A stretch of 63,749 nucleotides of DNA, the filler included, from Octopus bimaculoides (lineage: Eukaryota), in assembly GCF_001194135.2 (NCBI RefSeq). It is 7 parts of 6 records of this genome, joined end to end, with 100 filler letters (N's around TTAATTAATTAA, not from the genome) between each part and the next. Parts side by side here need not be neighbours in the genome. Positions count along the whole stretch, not along the records: positions 21,131 to 36,890 come from NC_069000.1; positions 36,991 to 40,957 come from NC_069010.1; 5 more parts are not named here. One strand, 5' to 3'. Below the pieces are notes generated by a model, which worked only from the letters and a program-made list of their open reading frames with translations, did not search any database and was not told the origin of the DNA. This document shows, one piece after another, positions 25,095-39,050 of the stretch. How positions within the stretch are numbered: position 1 is the first letter of the stretch; every line of letters begins with the position of its first letter. Both the position numbers and the translations under genes were made by a program.

Positions 25095-25310
25095 GCAAGG
25101 CGGTGAGCTGGCAGAAACGTTAGCACGCCGGGCAAAGTGCTTAACAGTATTTCGTCTGTCCTTGTGTTCTGAGTTCGAATTCTGCTGAGATCGACTTTAC
25201 CTTTTATCCTTTCGGGGTCGATAAATTAATTACCAGTTGTGTACTGGGGTCAATCTAATCGACTGGCACCCTCCCCCAAATTTTCGGGCCTTGTGTCTAG
25301 AGTAGAAAAT
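25095..25310 (+). mobile_element. SINE family A (tail type 1), full length
   Basis: AAGGCGGTGAGCTGGCAGAAACGTTAGCACG...GAGTTCGAATTC...CCCCAAATTTTCGGGCCTTGTGTCTAGAGTAGAAAA. Confidence 0.85.
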
Positions 25311-25875
25311 AATATTTTTAAATGTGTTTTTTTTAATAAAAGTAATTTTTTTTTTACCTTCTTTTAAATAATGTTCCTAACAGCCACAAAACTGGCCTAG
25401 TATGCTACTACTACAAACGTAAATAATATTACCCGAGCAACTACTACAATAAAATATAAATGACTTTAACAGCTTCAGGATTGAATAAATTATATCGCCC
25501 CTGTTGACACTCAAATCCAGCGACTAATTCCATTTCTCAGAGTACCCGCACCAGATATTATATTTTCGGTAACCCTTTTGAAAATAGTTTTTTCTATGGA
25601 GAGCATAACGAACTGAAAACTCTTTCTTTTTTTTAATCATTTTATTAAAATTGCAATATATAACAAATAAAGTTTTAGAGAAGTTTCTGCAACATTTCTA
25701 CTTCAGCGTTTGTATTAGTTTGGTGATATGTGTCTGCGAGAGATTTCCAATGTACCATCAGACAACATAACCCATCTCACGTGTATTAACAGATGGGAGA
25801 TATGGTTTTATGGTTTTACAGAGACGAGAGCAGAAGAGCTTGCCCTAAGTAATCTTGGATACGATCTGACACTAC

Positions 25876-25933
<58 letters not shown>

Positions 25934-26242
25934 GTATGTATAATGGAACAAAAATGCAATAGAGGAGAATAAAACCTCCGGACACACAAGCCTGCATAAA
26001 GTGCATGGAGGGGATAGTGCTGCCCTGGGTCAAATAGAGTGGGAGCTGGAAGACCCTAAGGCTAACAACGACGACTACTAAGACGATGATGAGGATGATG
26101 ATGACGTCGACCACAACGATAATGAAGATGATAATGGTGATGATGATGATGACAACAATGAATTCCAGGCAGAAGTGCCAACCATCGATAGAGGTACACT
26201 GTTAAACAGTTTTGTATTAACCATCAATTACACCAACGCCAC

Positions 26243-26287
<45 letters not shown>

Positions 26288-26718
26288 CACACATACGCGT
26301 ACACAGATTCACACACAACACACACCTTTAAAGTCGCTATTACTACCATGTTACCCGAACCAATTGAAGAGACAAGATAAACGTGGATCCGCGTGACTCT
26401 CTGGTTAAATCATCAAGACAGCAATTGTTCAACAAAACAGATGATGAATCTGTTCAGCTCCTTTCTAACAGCGCCACTTATAAAGAAAAAATATGGCGGC
26501 GAGAATAATGTCTGTAACAGACTGAGCTGTTTGGCGGTGTTGTTTTAACATGTAACTATGGAGAGCAACACGTTTATATACGGAAGAATAACGACATATT
26601 CATATACACAAATATATGTATTTGTAGATATGCTTCAACACACACACGCACACATATTTATATATATATGTATGTGTGTGCATATATATATATATATACA
26701 CATATATACTTTCAATTA

Positions 26719-26755
<37 letters not shown>

Positions 26756-27260
26756 TTAGACATGCGAGTATACATAGAGATATTCTTACAAAACGTTTAA
26801 ATTTATATAAATCTGCTTGATGGGAATGCAAGTATATACGTATGTATATCCATATATACATAGCGTGTATATATGCATATATATATATATATATACATAT
26901 ATACACATACACACGCACATGCATACATACATAAATACATACACACAAACACACATATATTTATATAGTCATACACACTTACATATCGTCAGACTGTTAA
27001 GGATACACGCTCGGGTTGTCTTATATACACACAACCAAGCAAAACATTTAAATATATATTTACCTTTTGTTCTGTACGGCTAAAATATTGTAGATCTGAC
27101 CGTTCAGACAACATCTAAATACATTGTCACACTGCCCCACTTATCATTTACGCTCGGTACATTTAAGATTTCTTGCCAATAGAGAAAGAACCGGTTTCTA
27201 ACCTAGATTCAAGGCTCCTTCATTGGAATTTCAACATCAACAACAGGGTATTTTTGTTTG

Positions 27261-27300
<40 letters not shown>

Positions 27301-28083
27301 CAGATTTGGATGTTTTGCTTTATGTATGTATTCTCATGCATGTAGTTGGTAGATTTGTTTTTTTTTTTTGGGGNNNNNNNNNNNNNNNNNNNNNNNNNTT
27401 GGGGGGGGGGTAATTTCTAGTTAGAGTATCTTTAAAAGATCCACTTCTTGTTATTTATTGAATCACAAAGCAAAACAGACTCCTGATTGGTGAGTCGGCA
27501 GAGTGTTGGATAGTATATCTTATGATAGACATTTTGGCACTCTGAGTTCAAATTCCACCGAGGTCAACTTTGTTGTTCAATTTCTCGGAACCGATAAATG
27601 AAGAACCAGATTCTTCTCTTTTTTTTCCATTTTGCTCTCTTGATTTCCTTCTGGAAGACATTTCGCAGTGTTTAGATTTAGAGGAGAGAATGGTTTTCAC
27701 TATGTCTAGAATGTCGCAGATACGTGGTATTTCACGATGGCGTCCCTACGATTGCGTCAGGTGATGAAAAATCTAGAAAGAAAAGAAAAGAAAAGAAAAG
27801 CAAGCAACAATAATAAACTACAAAAAATTTACCAATTTTCTGCAAAAATGTCACATATTCTGCGCTCTTCTTTCACAGGATTTGCTGTTAAAAATCAAGT
27901 CTTGTTCCTATTTTGGGGTTCTAGTCTGAAATATTAATTCTGACTGCTTAAAAAAAGAAATTAAAAAGAAACCATTATTCTCTCAGATAATGAGGGACAG
28001 CATTCACAATGTTGGCAGATTCTCACTGACTACTGAGACAAATGCATCAAATATGTGCGTGCGTGTTTGTATGCGCGCGCGCG

Positions 28084-28119
<36 letters not shown>

Positions 28120-28169
28120 TTAGAAAATTTAAGAGATATGAAATAAAACGTTTTATCTTTATTCTAACG

Positions 28170-28335
28170 GTGGAACTCAGATACCTACTACACTGCTATT
28201 ATACTAAATCCACTCACAAAGCTTTAGTCGGCCCGAGGCTATAGTAGAAGACACTTGCCCAAGGTGTTACGCAGTGGAACTGAACCCGGAACCATGTGGT
28301 TGTGAAGCAAGCTTTTTTTACCACACTGCCACTTC
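28170..28335 (-). mobile_element. SINE family B 5' half
   Basis: AAATCCACTCACAAAGCTTTAGTCGGCCCGAGGCTATAGTAGAAGACACTTGCCCAAGG...GAACCCGG; similar to 38755-39050 and 48230-48390. Confidence 0.8.
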
Positions 28336-30469
28336 TGCGTATATTCTGTCTATTCTGTGTATTCTGAATTTCTAAAATCACTGACAATTCCTTAAAGATT
28401 AAAGAACCAATACAACGTTAAATGTTTTGAAACCCCGCTTTACGTTACAAATTGTTTCATGACAAAAAAATAATCTCTACTTTCACAACTCATCTCGCTT
28501 CTCTTTCTGTATCTAATTTTTCAGCGTATCTTCTGCCGGTAAGAAACCATCCGTTTATATTCACATAATCCTCTGGGGTGAACTCTAACAGAGGAGGCTT
28601 CACCAACTTATTAAATGGAAGAGTTGAAAAATAATCAGTTACAAACGGCGGGGGGACATACAATGCCGCATTTACTAGCACATCATTCACGTTTTTTTTT
28701 ATTTTTAAATGCATCAAAATTTTCCTTGCTTCTAACACGGTTGTATTACAAATGGGAGACCGTGTGCTATAGTCTAGGGAGACCGCTGAGCACAATAACT
28801 GTTACTAATAATAAAATATTGGAAGCAAACCAAATAATCACAGATTGTTGCACAAATTTACGATAAATGGTTTACGAGACGTCGGCAGTTATGTGGAAGC
28901 GACACATCATTTTATTACAGCCCCTACACATGATACACATGATATATAACATACACATGATATATGTCTTGCATTATTTAATGAATCTGTTACATTTAAG
29001 AAACATTTAAAAATATCTAAATGAAAATTCTTTTACAAAAATTAAAGGGATGTTAACGTCTATTTGCAACGAGTGGATGACACCAAAAACATAACGGTGG
29101 AGCGTCACCTTGATGGGTGATTGCAGTTGCACAAAATATCACAGCCAGAGGCATGAGTGTCACATCCAGTATCGCAATTGACCAAAACAGATACAATTAT
29201 AAAGTTGATCTGAAAGAAGATATAGTTGAAATATGGTACTGTTGTTATGATAAAATTATGGTTTCATACTTTATTCCAGTCTACTATAACGTCACTTTAA
29301 AATATATTCCGATAGATGTATGATCAAGCATATTAAAGTTGTTGTTGTTTTTCTGCAAATTGTATTTGTAGAATAGGGGGTGCATCTAAATGGATGTACC
29401 CCCATTGCTTTACAACCAAGAGGTCCCGGATTCGATCCTACAGCGTTGATTTTGGACAGATGTAATTTTTTTTAGTTCCGGGTCACTTTATACTTTGCGA
29501 ATGAAAGACAATAGATGGAAACTGTACCGAAGCCTGTCAGATGCATTATATTTGTAATTAAAAAAAGTACAGTCTTGTCCTATACTGTACCACTCTAATT
29601 CTGTCATAGAATTACGTTAAGGGTACGCGTGCCTGCGGAATACTCAACCACTTATAAATCAATTCAGGGGTAGATGATTCAGTTAATCGAACAACTGATT
29701 CCTCATCGTCGAAATCGTCGGAGAACAATCCATCTATCCAGCTATCTATATAATTTATCGATCACTGGAAAGATGAAAAGGCAAAGCTAGCCCCGGCGGG
29801 ATTAGAACTCAGAGCATAAAGAATCAGAGCGAACATTGTATAACATTCCAACAACATCGTCGAACAAACATTTCACCACAACGCTGAACTAACTTTTTTT
29901 TACCATAAATAAACAATAAATAATAACAAAACAAGTATATAAATAAAAACATATCTAACCATCATAGCATTCGAAAAAAGCCATTTATTCATCTCATGTT
30001 TTCCGAAACTACCCGCTCGCCACCCCATTTCTTACCTTGAACACGACTAAATGTCGCTCTTTGTCCCTCTTGTCAGAAAATTGTAATAAATTGTTAGCAA
30101 TCATCCACCCCGCCCGAGATGCCAAACAACAATCTCAAGTATTCACAGGTTTCCACGAGGCCCTTTTTGGCCGGCCATGATTTATAACCCCTACATGACA
30201 TTCCAGCCTCCACCCTTCGTGTGAGAATTGTTAAATAAATCTTAAATGCGGCCAATTCGGAACCGTCAATACGGTTTCGATCACTTGTGTAATCAATGTC
30301 CTTGAGAATAACACGGGCATCATTTCGTTTCTTCCGTGCACGTTTGATGAATATTAAGCCCCCACCCGGATGTAGAGTTGGGTAGATGTTGGTAATGGTT
30401 GACTGTGATTTTCACATCATTCCACTTACCTCCAGTTCATGTGGTTTTAGGGAAGGTTCTCTGCAAAAT

Positions 30470-30990
30470 ATGTCATAGCGACTGGTAAAAGTTACCTGCG
30501 AAATAGATACGTCGTAAACAGTGCTAAAAGTTACGACATAGTTATGTCATAATCAATGGTTAAGAAACTTACCGGCAATATAGATGTGATATAAACTGTG
30601 GCCAAAAGTTATTTACAAAATATTTAAGTTATGACCAATGGTTAAGTGTTTCCTGCAAAATACTTAGACCATAATGATAAAAAGCTATTAACGACGTACA
30701 TATGTCATAACCAGTGGTAAAAGAGTTACCTGTGAAATAATTATGCCGTAAGCAGTGGTAACTAGTTATTCACAAAATATTCGTGTTATAACTAATGATA
30801 AAATGCTACCTGCAAAATATATGCATCATAAATAAGGCAAAAAGTTATTTAGAAGATACCTACATCATAGCCAGAAGTAAAGAGTTAACTGCGAAATACA
30901 TAAGCAAGGGCAAAAAAAAGTAACCCGCAAAATACCTATGATATGACTAGTGGTAAGACGTTTCCTAAGGTACGTCGTAACCCGTGGTAC
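30470..30990. repeat. Degenerate ~40-bp minisatellite, about 13 units
   Basis: Recurring GTCATA..AGTGGTAAAAG.GTTACCTG..AAATA units with starts spaced 35-42 bp. Confidence 0.8.
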
Positions 30991-31401
30991 ATCACTTCAA
31001 GTCATCGTCCTTATTTGGGATTTTAAAGATCAACGTACGCGCGAGGATAAACAAACAATATTTTCAAGATTTATTTAAATTTTCGCTGCAAAATTTTCAC
31101 AAATGTTCATTTAGTTTTTCATTTTTTACCCTTTCTGTAAAACTCGTTTGAATTAATTTTCTGCGCATATTATTTCATCCGTTTTTATTTTTTAAGACGA
31201 AATTATTTACTGATAAGTTTGAGTCAATTATTTATTTTACAAGAGAAGAATTCGTTTAGCATTGCAAAATCTGGAAATGGTATTTTCGCATGGCTAAATT
31301 CATTTTACAGATGAATGAGTTGCACAGGTCGGCAACATATATCTACACAGAAAATAGTAAACCTCTGTTCTTATTTTACTTTATGGGTGCGTATTTGTGT
31401 G

Positions 31402-31471
<70 letters not shown>

Positions 31472-31748
31472 CGTGCGCTTGAATGCTTGTTTGTAAAAGC
31501 TTATCGTTATTTTTGATCGAAGATGATATATTACGATCAGAACATTCGAGAGAAAGTTAGATAGAGTTGTTATCCAAGCGAATGATGGATAATACTTGGG
31601 AGGCTGCGTATGATAAGATATTTAACTTGCTGAGGGTGACGGGGGAACAGATGTTGAAAGTAAAGATCTCAGGAAATCATAGATTTTTAAGTTTGCTAAC
31701 ATTCTCTATGACTATTGTAGACCAAAGTATACACACATAATTACGATC

Positions 31749-31786
<38 letters not shown>

Positions 31787-31830
31787 ATACAGGATCGCTT
31801 GTAGAAAAAGATGTAAAGCAGCTAATATAA

Positions 31831-32001
31831 TAATGAGGGAGGTCGGTTTATGGAGTTACCCTGGGTTTCCCGCCCGTAAAGGTTTTGGCCTTACAACGTA
31901 TCTAGGCCAGCAGGTTTTGGGGTCTGACGATACGCTGTAAGGCCCAAACCCCTTATAGATGGGAAGCCCAAGGTAACCCCATAAGCCGGCCTTCCCCGTT
32001 A
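31831..32001. mobile_element. Foldback / MITE-like element with ~72-bp inverted arms and 26-nt spacer
   Basis: 31831-31902 aligns to the reverse complement of 31929-32001 at about 78% by hand; TA-rich flanks. Confidence 0.75.
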
Positions 32002-32009
32002 TAACATTG

Positions 32010-32046
<37 letters not shown>

Positions 32047-33529
32047 ATTTACAAGAGCAAACACATCAACATACATATACACAAATCCTATAAAAGTGCG
32101 TATATACGTGGATGTATATGTGAGTGTGTGTGCATATGTTTATTGACACACACACACACACACACACACAAACACGTCGATTTACCTGCACACGTCTTAC
32201 AAATGTGAGTACGTATGTGTGTATCTGTGTGTATGTGAATATGTGTGTACGTGAGGTTGTGAGTGTGAGTGTGTGTGGATATATGGATGTACATATACGG
32301 ATACATAAACACGCCTAAACACATCAATATATACATACATACATACATATATAAATATATATATCATGCAAGTTTGTGTGTATGTATGTGTTTGTATGTA
32401 AGTGGATGTGAGCTTGTGCATTTCGTACTTGTCTGAAAACTCGTGTCAGTGAAGGGCGGGAGGGTCACAGTCAATTAACGTAACAACATAATATCAGCGG
32501 GAGTTCGTTGATCGAGCATTAGGCTACCGCAGGGATCAAAGAAAGAATCAAGTCCCGGCGGGATTTGAACTCAGAAACAAGACACTCCAATTAAAACACA
32601 GTAAAGCGTTTACAACGTAACCTTGTTGAATGAGCGACGAGAGACAAAAGGCACACACGCACACACACACAATTACATACACACACAAGGAAATAGACAC
32701 GCGCACAGAGACATAGTACACGAATTAAGATATATATATATATATATATATTTATATGTACACAAAGATTCATATATATATATATATANNNNNNNNNNNN
32801 NNNNNNNNNNNNNNNNNNNNNNNNNNNNNNNNNNNNNNNNNNNNNNNNNNNNNNNNNNNNNNNNNNNNNNNNNNNNNNNNNNNNNNNNNNNNNNNNNNNN
32901 NNNNNNNNNNNNNNNNNNNNNNNNNNNNNNNNNNNNNNNNNNNNNNNNNNNNNNNNNNNNNNNNNNNNNNNNNNNNNNNNNNNNNNNNNNNNNNNNNNNN
33001 NNNNNNNNNNNNNNNNNNNNNNNNNNNNNNNNNNNNNNNNNNNNNNNNNNNNNNNNNNNNNNNNNNNNNNNNNNNNNNNNNNNNNNNNNNNNNNNNNNNN
33101 NNNNNNNNNNNNNNNNNNNNNNNNNNNNNNNNNNNNNNNNNNNNNNNNNNNNNNNNNNNNNNNNNNNNNNNNNNNNNNNNNNNNNNNNNNNNNNNNNNNN
33201 NNNNNNNNNNNNNNNNNNNNNNNNNNNNNNNNNNNNNNNNNNNNNNNNNNNNNNNNNNNNNNNNNNNNNNNNNNNNNNNNNNNNNNNNNNNNNNNNNNNN
33301 NNNNNNNNNNNNNNNNNNNNNNNNNNNNNNNNNNNNNNNNNNNNNNNNNNNNNNNNNNNNNNNNNNNNNNNNNNNNNNNNNNNNNNNNNNNNNNNNNNNN
33401 NNNNNNNNNNNNNNNNNNNNNNNNNNNNNNNNNNNNNNNNNNNNNNNNNNNNNNNNNNNNNNNNNNNNNNNNNNNNNNNNNNNNNNNNNNNNNNNNNNNN
33501 NNNNNNNNNNNNNNNNNNNNNNNNNNNNN

Positions 33530-33584
<55 letters not shown>

Positions 33585-34211
33585 TAGAGAAAGTGTGTGT
33601 GTTAGTGAGTGGGAGAGAGAAAGAGAGAGAATGAAGGAATATAAAAAAAGGTGAGCGGGAGGAAGAGATGGAGAAAGCTCTTGTGATGTCTTGGACACAT
33701 CATAAACAATTTCTATATTGTGAATAGAAAGGAGAGACTTTGAAAAATATCTTCTAAGTGATGTTATGGACTATCAGTAACAACACTTGAAAACGTTCTT
33801 TTATAAACGCACACACATCTGTTGGATTGTCTGTTTCTGTCAGTGTGTCAATTAATGTCTCTCTGTCTCTCTCTTTCTTTCTGTGTGTGTTTGTGTGTGT
33901 TTGTGTGCGTATATATATAAATATATATATTAATACATATAAACACACATACACACACATATATAGGTATACATATGTATACCTGTGTGTGTTTGTGTGC
34001 GTATATATATAAATATATATATATATATAAACACACATACACACACATAAATACGTATACATATGTATACGTATATATACAACGCATATTTATATATGCA
34101 TATGTATGTAGAAAGCATACATGGATGTACAGAAGTACGTATGTATATATGCAGAGACACTAACATACACCGAAAATTGCTCGCTTATATACACACCCAC
34201 CCACCCACAGG

Positions 34212-34243
<32 letters not shown>

Positions 34244-34244
34244 A

Positions 34245-34280
<36 letters not shown>

Positions 34281-34639
34281 ATAGATACTATATGTACATA
34301 CATTCATTCGCACAAACATGTATATACATAAACACTCATTTATAAATGTACATGCATACTTAAAAACGTAAAAATATGAGTACGTATANNNNNNNNNNNN
34401 NNNNNNNNNNNNNNNNNNNNNNNNNNNNNNNNNNNNNNNNNNNNNNNNNNNNNNNNNNNNNNNNNNNNNNNNNNNNNNNNNNNNNNNNNNNNNNNNNNNN
34501 NNNNNNNNNNNNNNNNNNNNNNNNNNNNNNNNNNNNNNNNNNNNNNNNNNNNNNNNNNNNNNNNNNNNNNNNNNNNNNNNNNNNNNNNNNNNNNNNNNNN
34601 NNNNNNNATAATTGTTGATAGTATTACCTCTAACATTTA

Positions 34640-34681
<42 letters not shown>

Positions 34682-34771
34682 CATATGTATATATCTATAT
34701 ATATGTATGTACATATATATATATGTGCATATATGTATACATATATACACACATATATATATGTATATATG

Positions 34772-34820
<49 letters not shown>

Positions 34821-36534
34821 GTAAGTGGCATAGCTAAGCACATCCCTGTTGCGTGTGAGCATATGGTAATATACCATAGCTTCGCTGCTATGAGTGTTCA
34901 ACTTGTTTAACAGATGGTTGGAATTCATATTCATATAAACATAAGGGGAGAAGGGTGAGGTGAAGTTGCATTGAGGTGGGAGGACGTTTACTTAGAACTT
35001 TGCAGCTATCACAGCACTTACAACAATAACTAGAACAACAACAACCACAAAAGCAATGTAAATACAACAACAACAGCAAGAACCGTAAGAATTCTAATGA
35101 AATTAAGGATATGGGGGAAAAAATCTTTTTTTCTCAGTTGTCTGGAATTATTAAATGTATTTATGTAAGTTTACTCATGTGTCTGAGCATGTATGTATGT
35201 ATGTTTTTGTATGTGGATACATGTATATGTATGTATGCTATGCATGTGTGTACGGATGTATGTAGTACGTATGTACGTACGTATGTATATGCCTGAATGC
35301 TTAAATGAGTGCGTGTGTGGATACATTATATATATATTTGTATATATATTTATGTGTATATATGTATATATATATGTATATATGTATGTATATATGTGTG
35401 TATATATATGTATAAATATATATATATGTATATATAGGTATATATATATATATATACATATATATATGTATAAATATATATATATGTATATGTATGTATA
35501 TATATATACATATATATATGTATGTGTGTATATTATACATATATTTATACACACACATATATACACACATACACACACACACATATATATATACACCCAT
35601 CTGCCGACCCATTCACCCACTCCTGTTTCCCTCCATACGCACACAAATACACCCACACACACCTACACTCACATACAACCACACACTTCCCACCGCACAC
35701 ACGCATATTTACCCCCCCCCCCCATCCCTTACACTCATGCCCATTCACGGACATCTTTTCTAGGGGAATTGCTCTTGGATATTGCTTGTATTTCTGCCAG
35801 CAAAAAATGGTATTGTACACCTGACCGCACATATTGCAGAATACATTTGGTAACCCTGCTGGGGTGGACCTCGTTCTAGTCGTCTATCTCTATTTTCCTC
35901 CTGTCATTTCATTAAATCTCACTCAACAATATTCATATTGCTCTTCACAGCTCTGCTGTCGGTTCTGCGGTCAGTCGCTGTCTTCACCCATGCAATCATA
36001 ATCCGGCCACCCGACTCCTTGAGCTACAGCTTTATGACAATCTTATAAAGGGATTTCAGACGCCCTCTATGAATGAAGGCGTCCGCGTCTCACCCAGCTC
36101 CCTCTACAGGACATCTTTAAGGATCCGAGATTTCTTCATACAGATCACGTATCCCTCCCAGTGAAGCTGTGATTTCAACGAGTTACACTCAAAATTAGGT
36201 ACATTTGCACTTGGCATAGTGTACTTCGTGGAGGTTTTGAGGAAGTTCAAGAAGAGTTTTCGTCACAAATGGCCCGAGAGGACAGACTGGAGATGCTGAC
36301 TCGATTACAAATGCACAAACGTACAATATAAATTGTAGCTGGTGTGACAGGTAACTCATCAGCTGCTTGATGAATCGGTGATATATATATTATATGACAT
36401 ACATTATGTGTGTATATATACATATACGTACATACGTACATATATATAACATATATATAAATTATTAAGGTGGCTATTCGCAATTTAGAACTGGTGGGAA
36501 CACGAACCACCTTCAGTGCTTGAAAATGATCCCA

Positions 36535-36665
36535 TCTCACTCCTCTGGAACTTCACCATTCAAACTGACAGAAAGATAGATGCAAATAGGCCAGACATTA
36601 TATTGAAAGACTTCAGACAAAAATCATGCCTCCTCATTGATATGATTGTCCCAATCGACATAAAT
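36535..36665 (+). mobile_element. R4/Dong-like restriction-like endonuclease fragment
   Basis: LLWNFTIQTDRKIDANRPDIILKDFRQKSCLLIDMIVPIDINV (PD...D motif). Confidence 0.8.
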
Positions 36666-36687
36666 GTATGTATATATATATATATAT

Positions 36688-36832
36688 GATCTGAGTTCAA
36701 ATTCCGCCGAGCTCGACTTTGCCTTTCATCCTTTCGGGGTCGATAAATTAAGTACCAGTTACGTACTGGGGTCGATCTAATCGATTGGCTTCCACCCTCC
36801 AAAATTTCGGGCCTTGTGCCTAGGGTAGAAAA
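36688..36832 (+). mobile_element. SINE family A (tail type 1), 5'-truncated
   Basis: CTGAGTTCAAATTCCGCCGAGCTCGACTTTGCCTTTCATCCTTTCGGGGTCG...AAAATTTCGGGCCTTGTGCCTAGG. Confidence 0.85.
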
Positions 36833-36990
36833 GTATATATTTGTGTGAGTATATGTGCGTGTATTTGTATGCGTATGTGTGTGTGTGTGTNNNNNNNNNN
36901 NNNNNNNNNNNNNNNNNNNNNNNNNNNNNNNNNNTTAATTAATTAANNNNNNNNNNNNNNNNNNNNNNNNNNNNNNNNNNNNNNNNNNNN

Positions 36991-37333
36991 TCTCTACCCA
37001 TTCCTGGGTAAGATTAGCCACCCTACTCGTCACCTCTCTCTAGTTTTTGTCCACCTTGAGGTCCAGACCAAACCAGACCTCGAGCAATTTAACCTGTCCT
37101 TCTGTCCAATGCCCTGCAACGCCGTCGGTTGGTATGGACCTGCCTCTCCAGGTGCCGAGCTGCAGGCCCACCGACATGTTCTGATTAATTTTTGTTCCTG
37201 TCACCGCTTCGTACTCCCTTAAGGTAGTGCCAAGCACCTTGATTTTCGAGCTGTTCGACACCATTACGGTGACGTCGTTCGCATAAGCCGACACAAATCT
37301 TCCACATCCGAGATCACGCGCTTATCCCTCGAG
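36991..37333 (-). mobile_element. Tx1/L1-like LINE reverse transcriptase fragment
   Basis: SAYANDVTV...YEAVTGTKINQ...GLQLGTW...VWFG (decayed YADD region); same family as 49500-51209. Confidence 0.85.
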
Positions 37334-37587
37334 ATACTCTTTACTCTCTCTTTTACTCTTTTACTTGTTTCAGTCATTTGACTGCGGCCATGCTGAAGCA
37401 CCGCATTTAGTCGAGAAAATCGACCCCAGGACTTATTCTTTGTAAGCCTAGCACTTATTCTATCGGTCTCTTTTTGCCGAACCGCTAACTTACGGGGACG
37501 TAAACACACCAGCATCGGTTGTCAAGTGATGGTGGGGGGGACAAACACACATATATATATATATATACATATATACGGCAGGCTTCT
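37334..37587 (-). mobile_element. SINE family B 3' half, ending at gap
   Basis: Near-identical to 63470-63749 and 4073-4383. Confidence 0.88.
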
Positions 37588-38202
37588 NNNNNNNNNNNNN
37601 NNNNNNNNNNNNNNNNNNNNNNNNNNNNNNNNNNNNNNNNNNNNNNNNNNNNNNNNNNNNNNNNNNNNNNNNNNNNNNNNNNNNNNNNNNNNNNNNNNNN
37701 NNNNNNNNNNNNNNNNNNNNNNNNNNNNNNNNNNNNNNNNNNNNNNNNNNNNNNNNNNNNNNNNNNNNNNNNNNNNNNNNNNNNNNNNNNNNNNNNNNNN
37801 NNNNNNNNNNNNNNNNNNNNNNNNNNNNNNNNNNNNNNNNNNNNNNNNNNNNNNNNNNNNNNNNNNNNNNNNNNNNNNNNNNNNNNNNNNNNNNNNNNNN
37901 NNNNNNNNNNNNNNNNNNNNNNNNNNNNNNNNNNNNNNNNNNNNNNNNNNNNNNNNNNNNNNNNNNNNNNNNNNNNNNNNNNNNNNNNNNNNNNNNNNNN
38001 NNNNNNNNNNNNNNNNNNNNNNNNNNNNNNNNNNNNNNNNNNNNNNNNNNNNNNNNNNNNNNNNNNNNNNNNNNNNNNNNNNNNNNNNNNNTAATCATAA
38101 TAATGATAATAACTACATGAACTTCTAACTTGTTGTCCCTTGAGATCTCTGGGTGAGACTTGGATCCAACTTGTACAAATGCAAAGCAAAAGTCAAACAT
38201 AA

Positions 38203-38255
<53 letters not shown>

Positions 38256-38269
38256 TAATAGGTATAAAA

Positions 38270-38700
38270 GATCGGCTACAGTAAATATTCTGCTCAATAC
38301 CACAGATTTGCTTGTCAGTTGTTTGACCTTAACCAGTTGAGCATGTCCCTTGGTGGCTGATGATATGTGCATCTCTGATCATGAGCAGAAGTAGTGGGGG
38401 AGCATCATAGCCATGTGTTGAGAGGAATTCACCTTTGGAAACATGGATGTTTTGTTCAACATCCTTAAACGAACCTTATTCAGGGACCTTTTGAGCGGGA
38501 TGGGCTACTCGAACTGAAGAAAATTCTAACTGGGCCCCACCTGCGAGGTCATGCGCTGTTTATCTTGATATGAGATCACCATGTCGCGCACATATGGTTG
38601 TAATGCATGTGCCTGGTGTACCCTTATCAGACGGGTAGTCATGATGGGTATATTGGGCTTTGATGGCATGCACTTTGATGTCACTTTGATGGCATGCACT
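38270..38700. mobile_element. Unclassified probable interspersed repeat next to a (TAA)n tract
   Basis: More GC-rich non-coding block abutting TAA microsatellites on both sides; single copy here, so the family is not assignable. Confidence 0.3.
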
Positions 38701-38754
38701 GCTCTCTCACTCAATAATAATAATAATCCTTTCTGTTACTGGCACAAACTGCTA

Positions 38755-39050
38755 AATTAGAGGGACGTAAACAAACAATCAAGCATTGATGGTGGACAAA
38801 CCTAAACAAAGACACATACACTCGCACACACATACACACACACTCACACACACACATACACGCATGCATATATAATGTATATATATATTTATATAGGCTT
38901 CTTTCAGGTCCCATCTACCAAATCCATTCACAAGGCTTTGGCTGGCCCAGAGCTCTAGTAGAAGACATTTCCCCAAGGTGCCATGCAGTGGGATTGAACC
39001 AGGAACCATGCAGTTGTGAAGCAGCCTTCTTAACACACAGTCACACCTGT
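38755..39050 (-). mobile_element. SINE family B, 5' two-thirds
   Basis: GGCTTCTTTCAG...CTACCAAATCCATTCACAAGGCTTTG...GGGATTGAACCAGG...ACACACAGTCAC. Confidence 0.8.

Noticed and set aside
30470-30990. CRISPR-like regular spacing
   Set aside because: Eukaryotic context, whole units are homologous with no unique spacers, and no cas genes.
35138-35164. 27-nt segment with good AG and GTAAGT (LSGIIKCIY)
   Set aside because: No resemblance to the expected receptor sequence; such sites occur by chance in AT-rich DNA.
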